Notes: a model not told the origin generated them from the sequence alone. Shown: positions 1 to 9,683, numbered from the stretch's first letter. The stretch is DNA of 36,944 bases from a bacterium (GCA_046757525.1 JBHHYI010000021.1:1-36944), one strand, 5' to 3'. Translations and numbers: made by a program.

Positions 1-235
1 TAGCAGGTAGCTGGTAGGGTGCGAGTCCCTACACCGGGTGTTCGCGGAGTCCGGCAGAGGGCGCAGTACGCATGGAGAGGCTCTTAGGTATGGAAGACGG
101 GATTGGTGGACAAGTAAGTTGGAGCGCGCGAGTAAACAGTTGGCTGGTCCCTTAGATCGGGATGGCCACTCTCTGAGAGGGTACCTGAGTCACTTTGGCA
201 AACTGAGCTGAACGTCCGATTGGTGTCTTCGCATG

Positions 236-252
236 TTTATGAATTATTCAGG
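236..252 (+). repeat. Dispersed repeat copy 1 (TTTATGAATTATTCAGG); possible IS/MITE terminal inverted repeat
   Basis: Identical 17-mer at 32083-32099 and a related minus-strand copy at about 36834-36855. The reverse complement CCTGAATAATTCATAAA resembles IS1380-family ends (from memory, not searched). Confidence 0.55.
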
Positions 253-268
253 TCAAGCAATTCATGCT

Positions 269-297
269 TTGATTTTTCGAGAAAATATTTGTATTTT
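269..297 (+). promoter_or_regulatory. Putative sigma70-type promoter of mutL
   Basis: TTGATT (269-274), 17-nt spacer, TATTTT (292-297). Confidence 0.4.
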
Positions 298-303
298 TAA
301 TTG

Positions 304-2061
304 ATGGACCCGGGCAACAACAAAATCAAGATTCTACCCGAGAATCTGACCAACAAGATTGCCGCTGGCGAAGTCGTGGACCGGCCAGCCTCAGTGATCA
401 AAGAATTGGTGGAGAACTCCATTGACGCCGGAGCAACCGAAATCACGGTGATCCTCAAAGACGGTGGCCGTGCTTTGATGCAGGTGGTGGACAACGGTTC
501 CGGCATGAGCCAGGAAGACCTGCTGCTGGCTTTTCAACGGCACGCTACCAGCAAGATTCACAGTTTGGAAGATCTGGAGCGGATCTCTACCCTGGGGTTT
601 CGCGGCGAAGCGCTGGCCAGCATTGCCTCTGTGTCCCGCGTGGAAGCAAAATCCGTGGTGCAGGGAGCTTCTGAGGGTAGCGTGGTTCGCATCGAGGGCG
701 GCACCATGGACGGCATCGAGGCCAGCGGAGGTAACAGCGGGACTTCCGTAGCCGTCAAGCACATTTTTTACAATACGCCGGCGCGCAGAAAATTCCTGCG
801 GGCAACGCGGACCGAATATCGGCAAATCCTGAACGTGATGCATCGCTTTCTGCTGGCATTTCCAGAAATCGCCTTCACTTTAGTGGAGGAGGGGGAGTTG
901 GTCTACGAGTTGCCTGCGCACGGGATTGAAGAACGCATTCGTGCCGTCCTGGGGGAACGCGTGCAAAAGAACTTGCTGGCCATCGAGAATGAGGGCCACA
1001 TCAACATAACGGGCTTCGTTGGCAATCAGGACCTCATGCGACGTTCACGGGGCGATCAGTACCTGTTCTTAAACAAGAGGTATTTTGTCAACAAAAGCCT
1101 GAATTACGCCGTGGTTTCCGCTTACGGTGAAATCCTTGCCAGGGGCTACTACCCGGTTTACATCATCAACTTAGCGTTAGACCCTGAGCAAGTAGACGTC
1201 AACGTCCATCCGGCCAAAATGGAGGTCAAGTTTGCAAATGACAATCTGATCTTTAGTTCACTGCGGGGAGCCATCAAGCGTGCCCTGAGTTCCGGAGCAG
1301 TGGTGCCGCACATTTCGTCATTTAGGAGCACAGCACCAAACGTGACGCCGGCAATCCCGGCCGATCAAATCGGTTTTCAATTCGGCAAAGTTCAAAAACA
1401 ACCTTCACCGTCTGTCTGGCCGGTGGAAAACGATTCTGAAACGGTGCAGCCTGCTTATGAAAGACAGCCTCCTTTGCAGGAACGCCACAGCTACGAAAGG
1501 ACCAATGTCTGGCAGATTCACAACAAATACATTCTGTCGCAAATTAAGACGGGCTTGATTATCATTGATCAGCACGTGGCCCATGAACGCATCCTGTACG
1601 AGCAGGCGCTGGAGAACTTTGAACAAGGAAAACCTTGTTCTCAGCAGCTCTTGTTCCCACAAATAATTGAACTGTCCGCTGAGAACTATGTTTTGTTTCT
1701 GGAAATGTTGCCATTTTTGGAACGCATTGGCTTCATCGTGAAAGCCTTTGGCAAAAATACCGTTATGTTAGAAGGCGTGCCTTCCGGCATCAAAATTAGC
1801 GATGATGAGAAGGTTTTGCTAAACATTCTGGACGAATACAAGCGCGGCAAAAGGGAAAACATTGAAATTCGGGACAACGTTGCCAAATCGTATGCCTGTC
1901 ATTCTGCCATCAGAGCCGGTGAACCGTTGACCCTTGCGGCCATGAATGCCTTAATCGATCAGTTGTTTTCCACTAAAGAACCCTACTTTTGTCCACACGG
2001 GCGTCCGGTCTTGATCAACATTCCCTTAGATGAGCTGGACAGGAGGTTTCGGCGGCGTTAG
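304..2061 (+). CDS. mutL: DNA mismatch repair endonuclease MutL
   Basis: IAAGEVV..RPASVIKELVENSIDAGA and GFRGEALASI GHKL ATPase motifs; DVNVHPAK; C-terminal endonuclease motifs DQHVAHER, ACH and CPHGRP. ATG at 304 (the track uses TTG 301). Confidence 0.97.
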   Translation: MDPGNNKIKILPENLTNKIAAGEVVDRPASVIKELVENSIDAGATEITVILKDGGRALMQVVDNGSGMSQEDLLLAFQRHATSKIHSLEDLERISTLGFRGEALASIASVSRVEAKSVVQGASEGSVVRIEGGTMDGIEASGGNSGTSVAVKHIFYNTPARRKFLRATRTEYRQILNVMHRFLLAFPEIAFTLVEEGELVYELPAHGIEERIRAVLGERVQKNLLAIENEGHINITGFVGNQDLMRRSRGDQYLFLNKRYFVNKSLNYAVVSAYGEILARGYYPVYIINLALDPEQVDVNVHPAKMEVKFANDNLIFSSLRGAIKRALSSGAVVPHISSFRSTAPNVTPAIPADQIGFQFGKVQKQPSPSVWPVENDSETVQPAYERQPPLQERHSYERTNVWQIHNKYILSQIKTGLIIIDQHVAHERILYEQALENFEQGKPCSQQLLFPQIIELSAENYVLFLEMLPFLERIGFIVKAFGKNTVMLEGVPSGIKISDDEKVLLNILDEYKRGKRENIEIRDNVAKSYACHSAIRAGEPLTLAAMNALIDQLFSTKEPYFCPHGRPVLINIPLDELDRRFRRR

Positions 2062-2241
2062 TGGGCCGGTTCTTTTTCTGGAACAAATCCCACACTTTTC
2101 TGGTATGAACATTTAATTGCCGAAACGCGACCACCACCGCTAAGCTCAATTTGTCACAATAAATCAGTCAACTCTTCAACTCTGAGTTTTGGCCACAGTC
2201 CCGGATCTTCATTTTGCGACTACGGCCAGAGGAAGGAAAAG

Positions 2242-2421
2242 ATGGTTATCACAGTTGTGCGGAAAGGGGAATCCCTGGACAATGCGCTTAAACGATTTAA
2301 GCGCAAGTGTTTGATTGCCGGCGTACAAAGGGATTTCAAGAAAAATGCTTATTATCTGAAGCCGAGCGAAAAAAAGAAGGTTGCCAGGCGTAGAAATGCC
2401 AGACGTTATTACAGATCTTAG
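2242..2421 (+). CDS. rpsU: 30S ribosomal protein S21 (59 aa, not in the ORF track)
   Basis: Manual translation MVITVVRKGESLDNALKRFKRKCLIAGVQRDFKKNAYYLKPSEKKKVARRRNARRYYRS has the S21 pattern (E-S-L-D-x-A-L-K-R-F-K-R ... Y-x-K-P-S). GAGGAAGG SD upstream. Confidence 0.92.
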   Translation: MVITVVRKGESLDNALKRFKRKCLIAGVQRDFKKNAYYLKPSEKKKVARRRNARRYYRS

Positions 2422-2570
2422 AAGAATCTGCACGACCCGGTTTAGATTGGCGCGGCAGGAGATCGGTGTGAAGTGATCGATTGACTCTTCGGCAAGCTTC
2501 ATCGTGAACCAAGTCGCAGCGGGGTTGGGTCAAAACTTCCAGAGGTCTGGAAAAAATAAGAGAAAACTGC

Positions 2571-2599
2571 TTGACATTAAGGGATTTGTTTTTTATTTT
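2571..2599 (+). promoter_or_regulatory. Putative sigma70 promoter of the trp/aro operon
   Basis: TTGACA (2571-2576), 17-nt spacer, TATTTT (2594-2599), about 30 nt upstream of the leader ATG. Confidence 0.7.
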
Positions 2600-2630
2600 A
2601 CGAAAAGTCAAATTGCTCAGGTATTAAACA

Positions 2631-2720
2631 ATGCAAATCCTTCACACAAACAACAATTGGTGGCTCTGGTATTGGTATTATTTTACCAATAGTGGGAGGG
2701 ATGCGCGCAAGAGTCCATAG
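2631..2720 (+). CDS. trpL: Attenuator leader peptide (29 aa) with a Trp/Tyr/Phe codon cluster
   Basis: MQILHTNNNWWLWYWYYFTNSGRDARKSP*: 4 Trp, 3 Tyr and 1 Phe within 9 codons, located between the promoter and an intrinsic terminator upstream of trpE. Confidence 0.88.
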   Translation: MQILHTNNNWWLWYWYYFTNSGRDARKSP

Positions 2721-2753
2721 CCATGTCATAAATAATCACAATTGTCAATATCC

Positions 2754-2793
2754 AACCCACTATATAGATTTTATATAGTGGGTTTTTTATTTT
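2754..2793 (+). terminator. Attenuator intrinsic terminator
   Basis: Perfect 13-bp stem AACCCACTATATA (2754-2766)/TATATAGTGGGTT (2772-2784) followed by a T-rich run. Its 5' arm CCCACTAT can alternatively pair with ATAGTGGG (2689-2696). Confidence 0.88.
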
Positions 2794-2802
2794 GTGGAGA
2801 AA

Positions 2803-4278
2803 ATGAAACGATTAACTTATTCAGAGTTTACAGCTTTGCAGGGCCAGGGCAACGTCATTCCGGTGTACGCTTCTTATTTAGCCGATTTGTCAACGCCAGT
2901 GTCTGCATTTTTGCAATTGCAAGCCCATTCAGACCAGGCGTTTCTGTTGGAGAGCGTTGAAGGGAGCGAGAAGATCGCGCGATTTTCATTCCTCGGCTGT
3001 GACCCGTACTGCACCATTGAATTTTCCGGCAACCAAATCATCGAAAACAGACTTGGCCAGGTGTCCACACTCGAGGGTAACATTTTCGATTATCTCAACG
3101 ATTTGTTCAGCAAGTACCGGACGGCACGAACTTCCAAATTGCCGCGCTTTACCGGTGGCGCTGTGGGCTATTTTGGTTACGAGACGGTCCGGTTGTTGGA
3201 AAACATCCCACCGGCTTCTGATCAGGAAGCAGGGCTGCCACAAGCTTTGTTCATGCTGTTCGATACCATTCTGGCATTTGATCATTTCACCCACGAAGTT
3301 TACATCATCAAAAACGTTTTTTTGAATGAAAAGTCCGCGTCGCCAAAACGCCAATATGAGGAGGCTTTAGAAAAAATCGAGCTGGTGAAGGCAAAGCTCG
3401 AAGAACCCATTGAGCCGGCTCACGATTCGCTGGCAAAGCCGGCCGACCTGTCTTCAAATTTCGAATATGGGGACTTTTGCCGGGCGGTTCAAGCTGCCAA
3501 GGATTACATTACAGCGGGGGATATTTTTCAGGTAGTGCTGTCCCAGAGATTTCAAAAGGAAATTTCGCTGGACCCGTTTCACATTTACCGGGCGCTGCGA
3601 GTGATCAATCCCTCTCCTTATTTGTATTATGTGAAGTTCGGAGACAATTCCATCATAGGCTCTTCGCCGGAACTGCTGCTTCGGGTTGAGGAGGGCGTAG
3701 CAGAAGTACGCCCCATCGCGGGCACGCGCCGTCGTGGGAGGGATGAGGCTGAAGACCAGCAGTTGGTGCAGGAATTGCGCAGCGATGAGAAGGAAATCGC
3801 TGAACACGTGATGCTGGTGGACCTGGGGCGAAACGATGTGGGCCGGGTCTGCCAGTACGGCAGTGTGGAAGTAACGGAATTCATGGAAATCGAAAAATTC
3901 TCTCACGTCATGCATCTGGTATCGAACGTGAGGGGAAAGCTGCGGCATGGGGTGAGCGCCATCGACGCCCTTAAAGCCTGCTTTCCGGCTGGCACCGTGT
4001 CCGGCGCCCCGAAAATACGCGCCATGGAAATCATCAGTGAACTGGAGCCAGAGCCGCGTGGCGTTTATGCCGGGGCTCTGGGCTACCTGGATTTCTCTGG
4101 CAACCTGGACACCTGCATCGTCATCAGGACGATCGTGACGCAAGGCAAGCTGGCGTTTTTCCAGGCCGGGGCCGGCATCGTAGCCGACTCCAATCCAGAC
4201 CGTGAATTCAACGAAACGCTGGAGAAAGCCTCGGCCCTCAAAGCTGCCATCGAATTCGCAGAAGGAGGTCTTGAATGA
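2803..4278 (+). CDS. trpE: Anthranilate synthase component I
   Basis: [41 protein letters not shown] and [11 protein letters not shown] motifs. ATG 2803 follows GGAG (track start is GTG 2794). Confidence 0.95.
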   Translation: MKRLTYSEFTALQGQGNVIPVYASYLADLSTPVSAFLQLQAHSDQAFLLESVEGSEKIARFSFLGCDPYCTIEFSGNQIIENRLGQVSTLEGNIFDYLNDLFSKYRTARTSKLPRFTGGAVGYFGYETVRLLENIPPASDQEAGLPQALFMLFDTILAFDHFTHEVYIIKNVFLNEKSASPKRQYEEALEKIELVKAKLEEPIEPAHDSLAKPADLSSNFEYGDFCRAVQAAKDYITAGDIFQVVLSQRFQKEISLDPFHIYRALRVINPSPYLYYVKFGDNSIIGSSPELLLRVEEGVAEVRPIAGTRRRGRDEAEDQQLVQELRSDEKEIAEHVMLVDLGRNDVGRVCQYGSVEVTEFMEIEKFSHVMHLVSNVRGKLRHGVSAIDALKACFPAGTVSGAPKIRAMEIISELEPEPRGVYAGALGYLDFSGNLDTCIVIRTIVTQGKLAFFQAGAGIVADSNPDREFNETLEKASALKAAIEFAEGGLE

Positions 4279-4850
4279 TTTTGGTCATCGACAACTACGA
4301 CTCGTTCACTTTTAACCTGGTGCAGTACCTGGGCGACCTGGGGGCAGAGCTGGAAGTCCACCGTAATGACCGGATCGATTTGACTGGAGTCAGCAGGTCC
4401 AAACCGAACGGCATCATCATTTCTCCCGGGCCAGGACGTCCCGAGCAGGCAGGCATCATCGTGCCGTTGATCGCAGAAGTTGCGTCCAAGGTTCCCATTC
4501 TGGGCGTTTGTCTTGGGCATCAGGCTATTGGGGTGGCCTTTGGAGGTCAGGTCGTCCAGGCGCCCAGGCTCATGCACGGCAAGACCTCTGCCATTCATCA
4601 CCAGCAAGCGGGGCTATTCAAAGGTTTGCCCAACCCATTCGAGGCCACGCGTTACCACTCGCTCATTGTGAACCGACAAACCCTGCCTGCTGATTTGCGA
4701 ATAACCGCTGAATCCGAAGACGAGATCATCATGGGCCTCCAGCACCGTGACTACCCGGTCTTTGGCGTGCAGTTTCATCCTGAATCCATACTCACCCGTG
4801 AGGGCAAGAAACTGTTAGAAAATTTCTTGAACATTTGCGGAGAAAACTGA
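4275..4850 (+). CDS. trpG: Anthranilate synthase component II (glutamine amidotransferase)
   Basis: [23 protein letters not shown] and QFHPES motifs; overlaps the trpE stop (ATGA). Confidence 0.95.
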   Translation: MILVIDNYDSFTFNLVQYLGDLGAELEVHRNDRIDLTGVSRSKPNGIIISPGPGRPEQAGIIVPLIAEVASKVPILGVCLGHQAIGVAFGGQVVQAPRLMHGKTSAIHHQQAGLFKGLPNPFEATRYHSLIVNRQTLPADLRITAESEDEIIMGLQHRDYPVFGVQFHPESILTREGKKLLENFLNICGEN

Positions 4851-4860
4851 GGGAGTTGCC

Positions 4861-5883
4861 ATGATCCAGCAAGCGATCAAAACCCTGATCGAAGGGAAGG
4901 ACTTAAGCCACGAATTTGCCTGCCACGTCATGCAAACCATCATGACCGGAGGGGCAACGCCGGCACAGATCGGCGCTTTTTTGGTGGCAGAAAAACTAAA
5001 GGGCGAGACCTATCAGGAGGTTGCCGGTTTTGCCGAAGTTATGAGGGAACGGGCAACGCCCATTGCTACGAAACACACAAATCACATCGACATGTGCGGC
5101 ACCGGCGGGGACGGAGCCGGCACCTTCAACATCTCGACCATTGCCTCGTTTGTTGTCGCTGGTGGTGGCGTGCCGGTTGCCAAGCATGGCAATCGATCCG
5201 TCTCCAGCAAGTGCGGCAGCGCGGATTTGCTGGAAGAGCTGGGCGTGAACATCGACTTGCCCGCACCGCAGGTCAGTGCCTGTCTGGACGAAATCGGTAT
5301 CGCCTTTCTTTTTGCGCCCGGGCTGCACAAAGCCATGAAATACGCGGTGGCGCCAAGACGTGAAATCGGCGTACGAACGGTTTTCAATATTCTCGGGCCT
5401 TTGACAAATCCCGCCAGAGTACGCAGGCAGGTCCTCGGTGTTTATCAGCCGCAAATCGCCCGTTTGATGGCTGAAGTGCTGCGAGAGTTAGGTTCCGAAC
5501 ACGTTCTGATCATTCATGGCCTGGAGGGGCTGGACGAGGTCTCGCTCAAAGGCCCCACGTTAGCGGTAGAGCTGTTGCACGGAGAGATCAGCGAGAAATA
5601 CCTTTTGCCAGAAAGCTTTGGGTTTGAAGCTGCAGAGGCCGACGGCATCTCTGGCAGCACACCCGCGGAAAACGCACGCATTGCCCTTGACGTCCTGAAT
5701 GGGAAAGTCGGGGCTGCCCGGGATATCGTGGTCGTCAATGCGGCTTGTGGTTTTGTGGTGGGCGGCAACGCCAGCAGTTTCCTGGAAGGGGCGGAGATGG
5801 GGCGCCAGTCCATCGATTCCGGTGCCGCTTTGGCAAAACTGGAAGCTCTGAAAGCATTTAGCCAGGAGAAGGTCCATGCCTGA
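4861..5883 (+). CDS. trpD: Anthranilate phosphoribosyltransferase
   Basis: DMCGTGGDG, FNIST, KHGNRSVSSKCGSAD and RTVFNILGPLTNP motifs. Confidence 0.96.
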   Translation: MIQQAIKTLIEGKDLSHEFACHVMQTIMTGGATPAQIGAFLVAEKLKGETYQEVAGFAEVMRERATPIATKHTNHIDMCGTGGDGAGTFNISTIASFVVAGGGVPVAKHGNRSVSSKCGSADLLEELGVNIDLPAPQVSACLDEIGIAFLFAPGLHKAMKYAVAPRREIGVRTVFNILGPLTNPARVRRQVLGVYQPQIARLMAEVLRELGSEHVLIIHGLEGLDEVSLKGPTLAVELLHGEISEKYLLPESFGFEAAEADGISGSTPAENARIALDVLNGKVGAARDIVVVNAACGFVVGGNASSFLEGAEMGRQSIDSGAALAKLEALKAFSQEKVHA

Positions 5884-6673
5884 CGTCTTAGACGAAATTA
5901 TTGCCAACAAAAAAGCAGAGCTCAAGAAAGCGAAGCAAGAGGTGTCGATTAGCAGGCTTTGGGAGGCGGTTGCAGAACAGCCTCCACCAAAGGAGTTTGT
6001 CGGCGTCTTAAACAACCCGGAGTGCGTTTCCGTCATCGCTGAAATCAAAAAGACATCGCCTTCTGCCGGAATCATCCGCCACGACTTTGAGCCGCTGGCC
6101 ATTGCCAGGGCTTACGAATCCGCCGGCGCTGCGGCCATTTCGGTTTTGACGGACGAGAGATTTTTCGGTGGCTCGCTGAAAGTTTTGAAACAGGTACGGG
6201 CACAAGTAGCGTTGCCCCTGTTGCGTAAGGACTTCGTGTTGGACCCCTATCAACTAATTGAGGCACGCGCTTGTGGTGCTGATGCCGTGTTGCTCATCAT
6301 TGGTGCTCTGGACAAGTCTCAGTGCGCCGAGCTTCGAGATGCTGCCCTGGAGCTCCGGCTTTCTGCACTGGCGGAGGTGCACAATTTTCGTGAATTGGAA
6401 GCTGCCATGAGCTGTGAATTTCAGACAATCGGAATCAACAATCGCGACTTGCGAACCTTTGAGGTCGACCTCGCTGCAACCGAGCTTGTGATCCGCGAGG
6501 TGCCGGCAGACGTCCTGGTGGTCTCCGAAAGCGGCATCAAGAACCGGGCCGATGTGGAAAGGCTCGGGAAGGCGGGCGTCGATGCCGTGCTGGTGGGCGA
6601 GACCCTGATGCGGCAAAGCGATGTCGGTTCTGCACTTGACGAATTGATCGGAGTGACAAAATGGTCAAGGTGA
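5876..6673 (+). CDS. trpC: Indole-3-glycerol phosphate synthase
   Basis: IAEIKKTSPSAG, SVLTD, LRKDF, GINNRDL and VSESGI motifs. Confidence 0.96.
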   Translation: MPDVLDEIIANKKAELKKAKQEVSISRLWEAVAEQPPPKEFVGVLNNPECVSVIAEIKKTSPSAGIIRHDFEPLAIARAYESAGAAAISVLTDERFFGGSLKVLKQVRAQVALPLLRKDFVLDPYQLIEARACGADAVLLIIGALDKSQCAELRDAALELRLSALAEVHNFRELEAAMSCEFQTIGINNRDLRTFEVDLAATELVIREVPADVLVVSESGIKNRADVERLGKAGVDAVLVGETLMRQSDVGSALDELIGVTKWSR

Positions 6674-7308
6674 AAATTTGCGGCATAACCAATCAGGAAG
6701 ACGCGTGGCTGGCTTGCGACCTGGGGGCCGATGCCCTGGGATTTATTCTCTACCCAAAGAGTCCTCGATATGCCAACCCGGAAATAGTCCTAAAGATCGT
6801 AAGATCTCTGCCGCCGTTTGTTACAACCGTGGGGGTGTTTGTCAATGAAACTAATGAGGATTTGAACAAGCTTTGCCAAACCATTCCTTTTAAGCTAATT
6901 CAACTTCACGGCGACGAAACGCCTGGGTACTGTAAGCGCCTGCACTTGCCGTGCATCAAAGCCCTTAGAGTGAATCGCGATTTGCGAGTGTCGCAAATGC
7001 AGGACTATGAGGTCTCAGGTTTCTTACTGGACACTTTTGACAGAGATTCCTACGGCGGCACCGGCACCATCTTCGATTGGAACATTGCCAGGGCGGCGAA
7101 GAAGTATGGCAGAATTCTGCTTTCCGGCGGACTGACTCCGGACAATGTCGTGTCGGCGGTGGAAGAGGTGTGGCCTTACGCCGTAGATATTTGCAGCGGC
7201 GTGGAGGCTTCGCCTGGCAAAAAGGACCCCGAAAAGCTGCGTGCATTTTTCGACGCAATAAAATCAATACAACCACATCCTAATTTAAACTTGGAAAGCG
7301 ACCAGTGA
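6661..7308 (+). CDS. trpF: Phosphoribosylanthranilate isomerase
   Basis: VKICGIT, QLHGDE, GGTG..FDW and [10 protein letters not shown] motifs. Confidence 0.95.
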   Translation: MVKVKICGITNQEDAWLACDLGADALGFILYPKSPRYANPEIVLKIVRSLPPFVTTVGVFVNETNEDLNKLCQTIPFKLIQLHGDETPGYCKRLHLPCIKALRVNRDLRVSQMQDYEVSGFLLDTFDRDSYGGTGTIFDWNIARAAKKYGRILLSGGLTPDNVVSAVEEVWPYAVDICSGVEASPGKKDPEKLRAFFDAIKSIQPHPNLNLESDQ

Positions 7309-8558
7309 AAAACGACATGTTGCAGAAGGCCGATTTGGAGCAGCCATTGCCTCTTGGGACAGATTATCGCAACCTGCCCGATGCACGAGGCCACTTCGGA
7401 CCTTACGGCGGCCAGTTTGTGCCAGAGATTTTGAAGCCCGTTCTGGACGAATTGCAACAGGCTTACCAGCGGGCTGGCGAGGACCCCGATTTTGACCGTG
7501 AATTTAATTACTACTTGCAAGAATATTCGGGTCGGCCCACGCCGCTCACTTTTGCCGGTCGGCTGACGGAGCAATTGCAGGGGGCAAAGATTTACCTCAA
7601 GCGCGAAGACTTGAATCACACCGGTGCTCACAAAATCAATAACACGCTGGGGCAAATTCTTCTGGCCAAACGTATGGGTAAGCGGCGTATTATTGCTGAG
7701 ACCGGAGCCGGTCAACACGGTGTGGCGGTAGCCACTGTGGCAGCCAAATTTGGCCTGGATTGCCTGATTTATATGGGCGAGGAGGACACGCAACGGCAGG
7801 CACTGAATGTGTTTCGAATGCAGTTGTTGGGGGCTCGGGTAGTACCAGTGGCCTCTGGCAGTCAGACCTTAAAAGATGCTATTAACGAAGCCATCCGCGA
7901 TTGGATTACCAATGTCAAAGACACATTTTACTTGATCGGTTCGGTGGTGGGGCCGCATCCGTACCCGGTGTTGGTGCGCGACTTTCAGTCGGTCATCGGC
8001 CGGGAAACAAGGCAGCAATTTCTGGAGAAAAGCGGCAAGCTACCTGACACGGTTGTGGCTTGCGTCGGTGGTGGCAGCAACGCCATGGGCATGTTCTACC
8101 CCTTCCTCAACGACCAACAGGTAAAGCTCATCGGGGTGGAAGCGGGCGGATTGGGACTGGACACGAACAGACACTCAGCCACGCTTTGTCGCGGGGAGCC
8201 CGGGGTTTTGCACGGCTCAAAATCTTACATTCTGCAAGACGAAGATGGTCAAATACGTGAAGTGCACTCGGTGTCAGCCGGATTGGATTACCCAGGTGTG
8301 GGGCCGGAGCACAGTTTTTTGAAGGACACGCAAAGAGTGGCCTACACATCGGTTACCGACGAAGAAGCGCTGCACGCTTTTTACTTGCTCTCCAAAACCG
8401 AAGGCATTATCCCGGCCCTGGAAAGCGCTCACGCTGTCGCCCAGGCTGTGAAAATCGCGCCGGAAATGACCGCTGACGAATCCCTCGTCATCTGTCTTTC
8501 AGGACGCGGCGACAAAGATGTGGGAATCGTACAATCCAGAATGAATGAAGAATTGTAA
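7305..8558 (+). CDS. trpB: Tryptophan synthase beta chain
   Basis: [15 protein letters not shown] (PLP lysine), [15 protein letters not shown] and [13 protein letters not shown] motifs. Confidence 0.97.
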   Translation: MKNDMLQKADLEQPLPLGTDYRNLPDARGHFGPYGGQFVPEILKPVLDELQQAYQRAGEDPDFDREFNYYLQEYSGRPTPLTFAGRLTEQLQGAKIYLKREDLNHTGAHKINNTLGQILLAKRMGKRRIIAETGAGQHGVAVATVAAKFGLDCLIYMGEEDTQRQALNVFRMQLLGARVVPVASGSQTLKDAINEAIRDWITNVKDTFYLIGSVVGPHPYPVLVRDFQSVIGRETRQQFLEKSGKLPDTVVACVGGGSNAMGMFYPFLNDQQVKLIGVEAGGLGLDTNRHSATLCRGEPGVLHGSKSYILQDEDGQIREVHSVSAGLDYPGVGPEHSFLKDTQRVAYTSVTDEEALHAFYLLSKTEGIIPALESAHAVAQAVKIAPEMTADESLVICLSGRGDKDVGIVQSRMNEEL

Positions 8559-8591
8559 ATAAAGCAAGACCGTAAAAGTCAGGAGGTCCAT

Positions 8592-9386
8592 TTGAACAGA
8601 CTCGCACAACTGTTTCGGCGTTCAGACAAAAACCAGGACAAGCTTTTGTCCCTATTTCTAACTGCCGGTTACCCCAAATTGGAGAGTACCCCGGAATTGG
8701 TGTGGACCGTGGAAAGGGCCGGAGCAGATTTCGTTGAAATTGGCATCCCATTTTCAGACCCGTTGGCAGACGGGCCTACCATTCAGAAGTCTTCTCAAAC
8801 TGCGCTGCAAAACGGCATGAACGTGCGGGGTGTTCTGCAACAGGTGGAAGAGATCCGCCGCAAGAGTCAACTCCCCCTGATCTTGATGACCTACCTGAAT
8901 CCAATTCTTAAATATGGCCTGGAGAAGTTCATTGAAGAAGCAAATGAAGCTGGCGTGGACGGTTTCATCATCCCGGACTTGCTGCCCGAAGAGTTGGAAA
9001 CCGCGCGGAATGGCAAGACCTTTGGAGTGAATCTCTTGATCTCACCCAATACGCCCATTGAGCGCGTTCGCGCCATCGACCGGTTGACCACAGATTTCAT
9101 TTATTGCGTGTCGGTGACCGGTGTTACCGGTAGCAGGCGGGGAGTACCGGCGGGTTTGCTCGACTACTTGAAAGCGGTCAGGGAGGTCGTCACGCACCCC
9201 GTTCTGGTTGGGTTTGGGGTTTCGGACCCCGAAGATGCCGGGGCCATATCCCGGGCCGCAGACGGCGTCATCATCGGCAGTGCTTTGATCGATTTGATGG
9301 GCCGCTTTAGGGATCGTGACGAGATGTTAGGGGCCGTAAGTCAATTTGTGCAGAAAATCAACCAGGCTTTGAAAGGAGCTCGCTAA
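8592..9386 (+). CDS. trpA: Tryptophan synthase alpha chain
   Basis: EIGIPFSDPLADGPTIQ, GVTG, VGFG and DGVIIGSAL motifs; TTG start after AGGAGGT. Confidence 0.96.
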   Translation: MNRLAQLFRRSDKNQDKLLSLFLTAGYPKLESTPELVWTVERAGADFVEIGIPFSDPLADGPTIQKSSQTALQNGMNVRGVLQQVEEIRRKSQLPLILMTYLNPILKYGLEKFIEEANEAGVDGFIIPDLLPEELETARNGKTFGVNLLISPNTPIERVRAIDRLTTDFIYCVSVTGVTGSRRGVPAGLLDYLKAVREVVTHPVLVGFGVSDPEDAGAISRAADGVIIGSALIDLMGRFRDRDEMLGAVSQFVQKINQALKGAR

Positions 9387-9655
9387 TGGACATTGAGGAT
9401 TGGCGTAGAAAAATCGACCAGGTCGACTTGGAAATATTGAAGCTTCTGAATAAACGGACGCAATACACCATTGAAATCGGCAAGATCAAAAAGCAGAAGA
9501 ACATCCCTATTCATTCGCCGGAACGAGAAAAATTTATCATGCAAAGAATTGCCAGGGAGAACCGGGGACCTCTTAGCGACCAGGGTGCCATTAGAGTTTT
9601 TGAAAGAATTATTGATGAGTCAAGAAAACAAGAGAAGCTTGTTTGTAGCGACTAA
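9386..9655 (+). CDS. Monofunctional chorismate mutase (AroQ-class/type II CM)
   Basis: 89 aa with R..ID..D..IL.LLNKR....IG..K......I.SPERE...IIDESR pattern; coupled to trpA (TAATG). Confidence 0.88.
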   Translation: MDIEDWRRKIDQVDLEILKLLNKRTQYTIEIGKIKKQKNIPIHSPEREKFIMQRIARENRGPLSDQGAIRVFERIIDESRKQEKLVCSD

Positions 9656-9683
9656 TTCAGCAAACTTTTTAGGAGGAAACGTC

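Noticed and set aside
2209..2692. Track ORFs 2209-2502(-), 2336-2611(-) and 2504-2692(+)
   Set aside because: They overlap the better-supported rpsU gene, promoter and leader peptide.
2631..2793. T-box riboswitch or TRAP-binding leader
   Set aside because: No T-box consensus or (G/U)AG repeat array is seen; the leader peptide explains the region.
3454..4143. 229-aa minus-strand ORF (likewise 7176-7793, 5560-6102, 4083-4607 and other short track ORFs)
   Set aside because: Antisense or out-of-frame shadows of trp/aro genes with no family motifs.
9471..9683. N-terminal extension or chorismate mutase fusion on DAHP synthase
   Set aside because: The extension is in a different frame from the CM gene, which has its own stop at 9655. 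A strong AGGAGG precedes ATG 9684.
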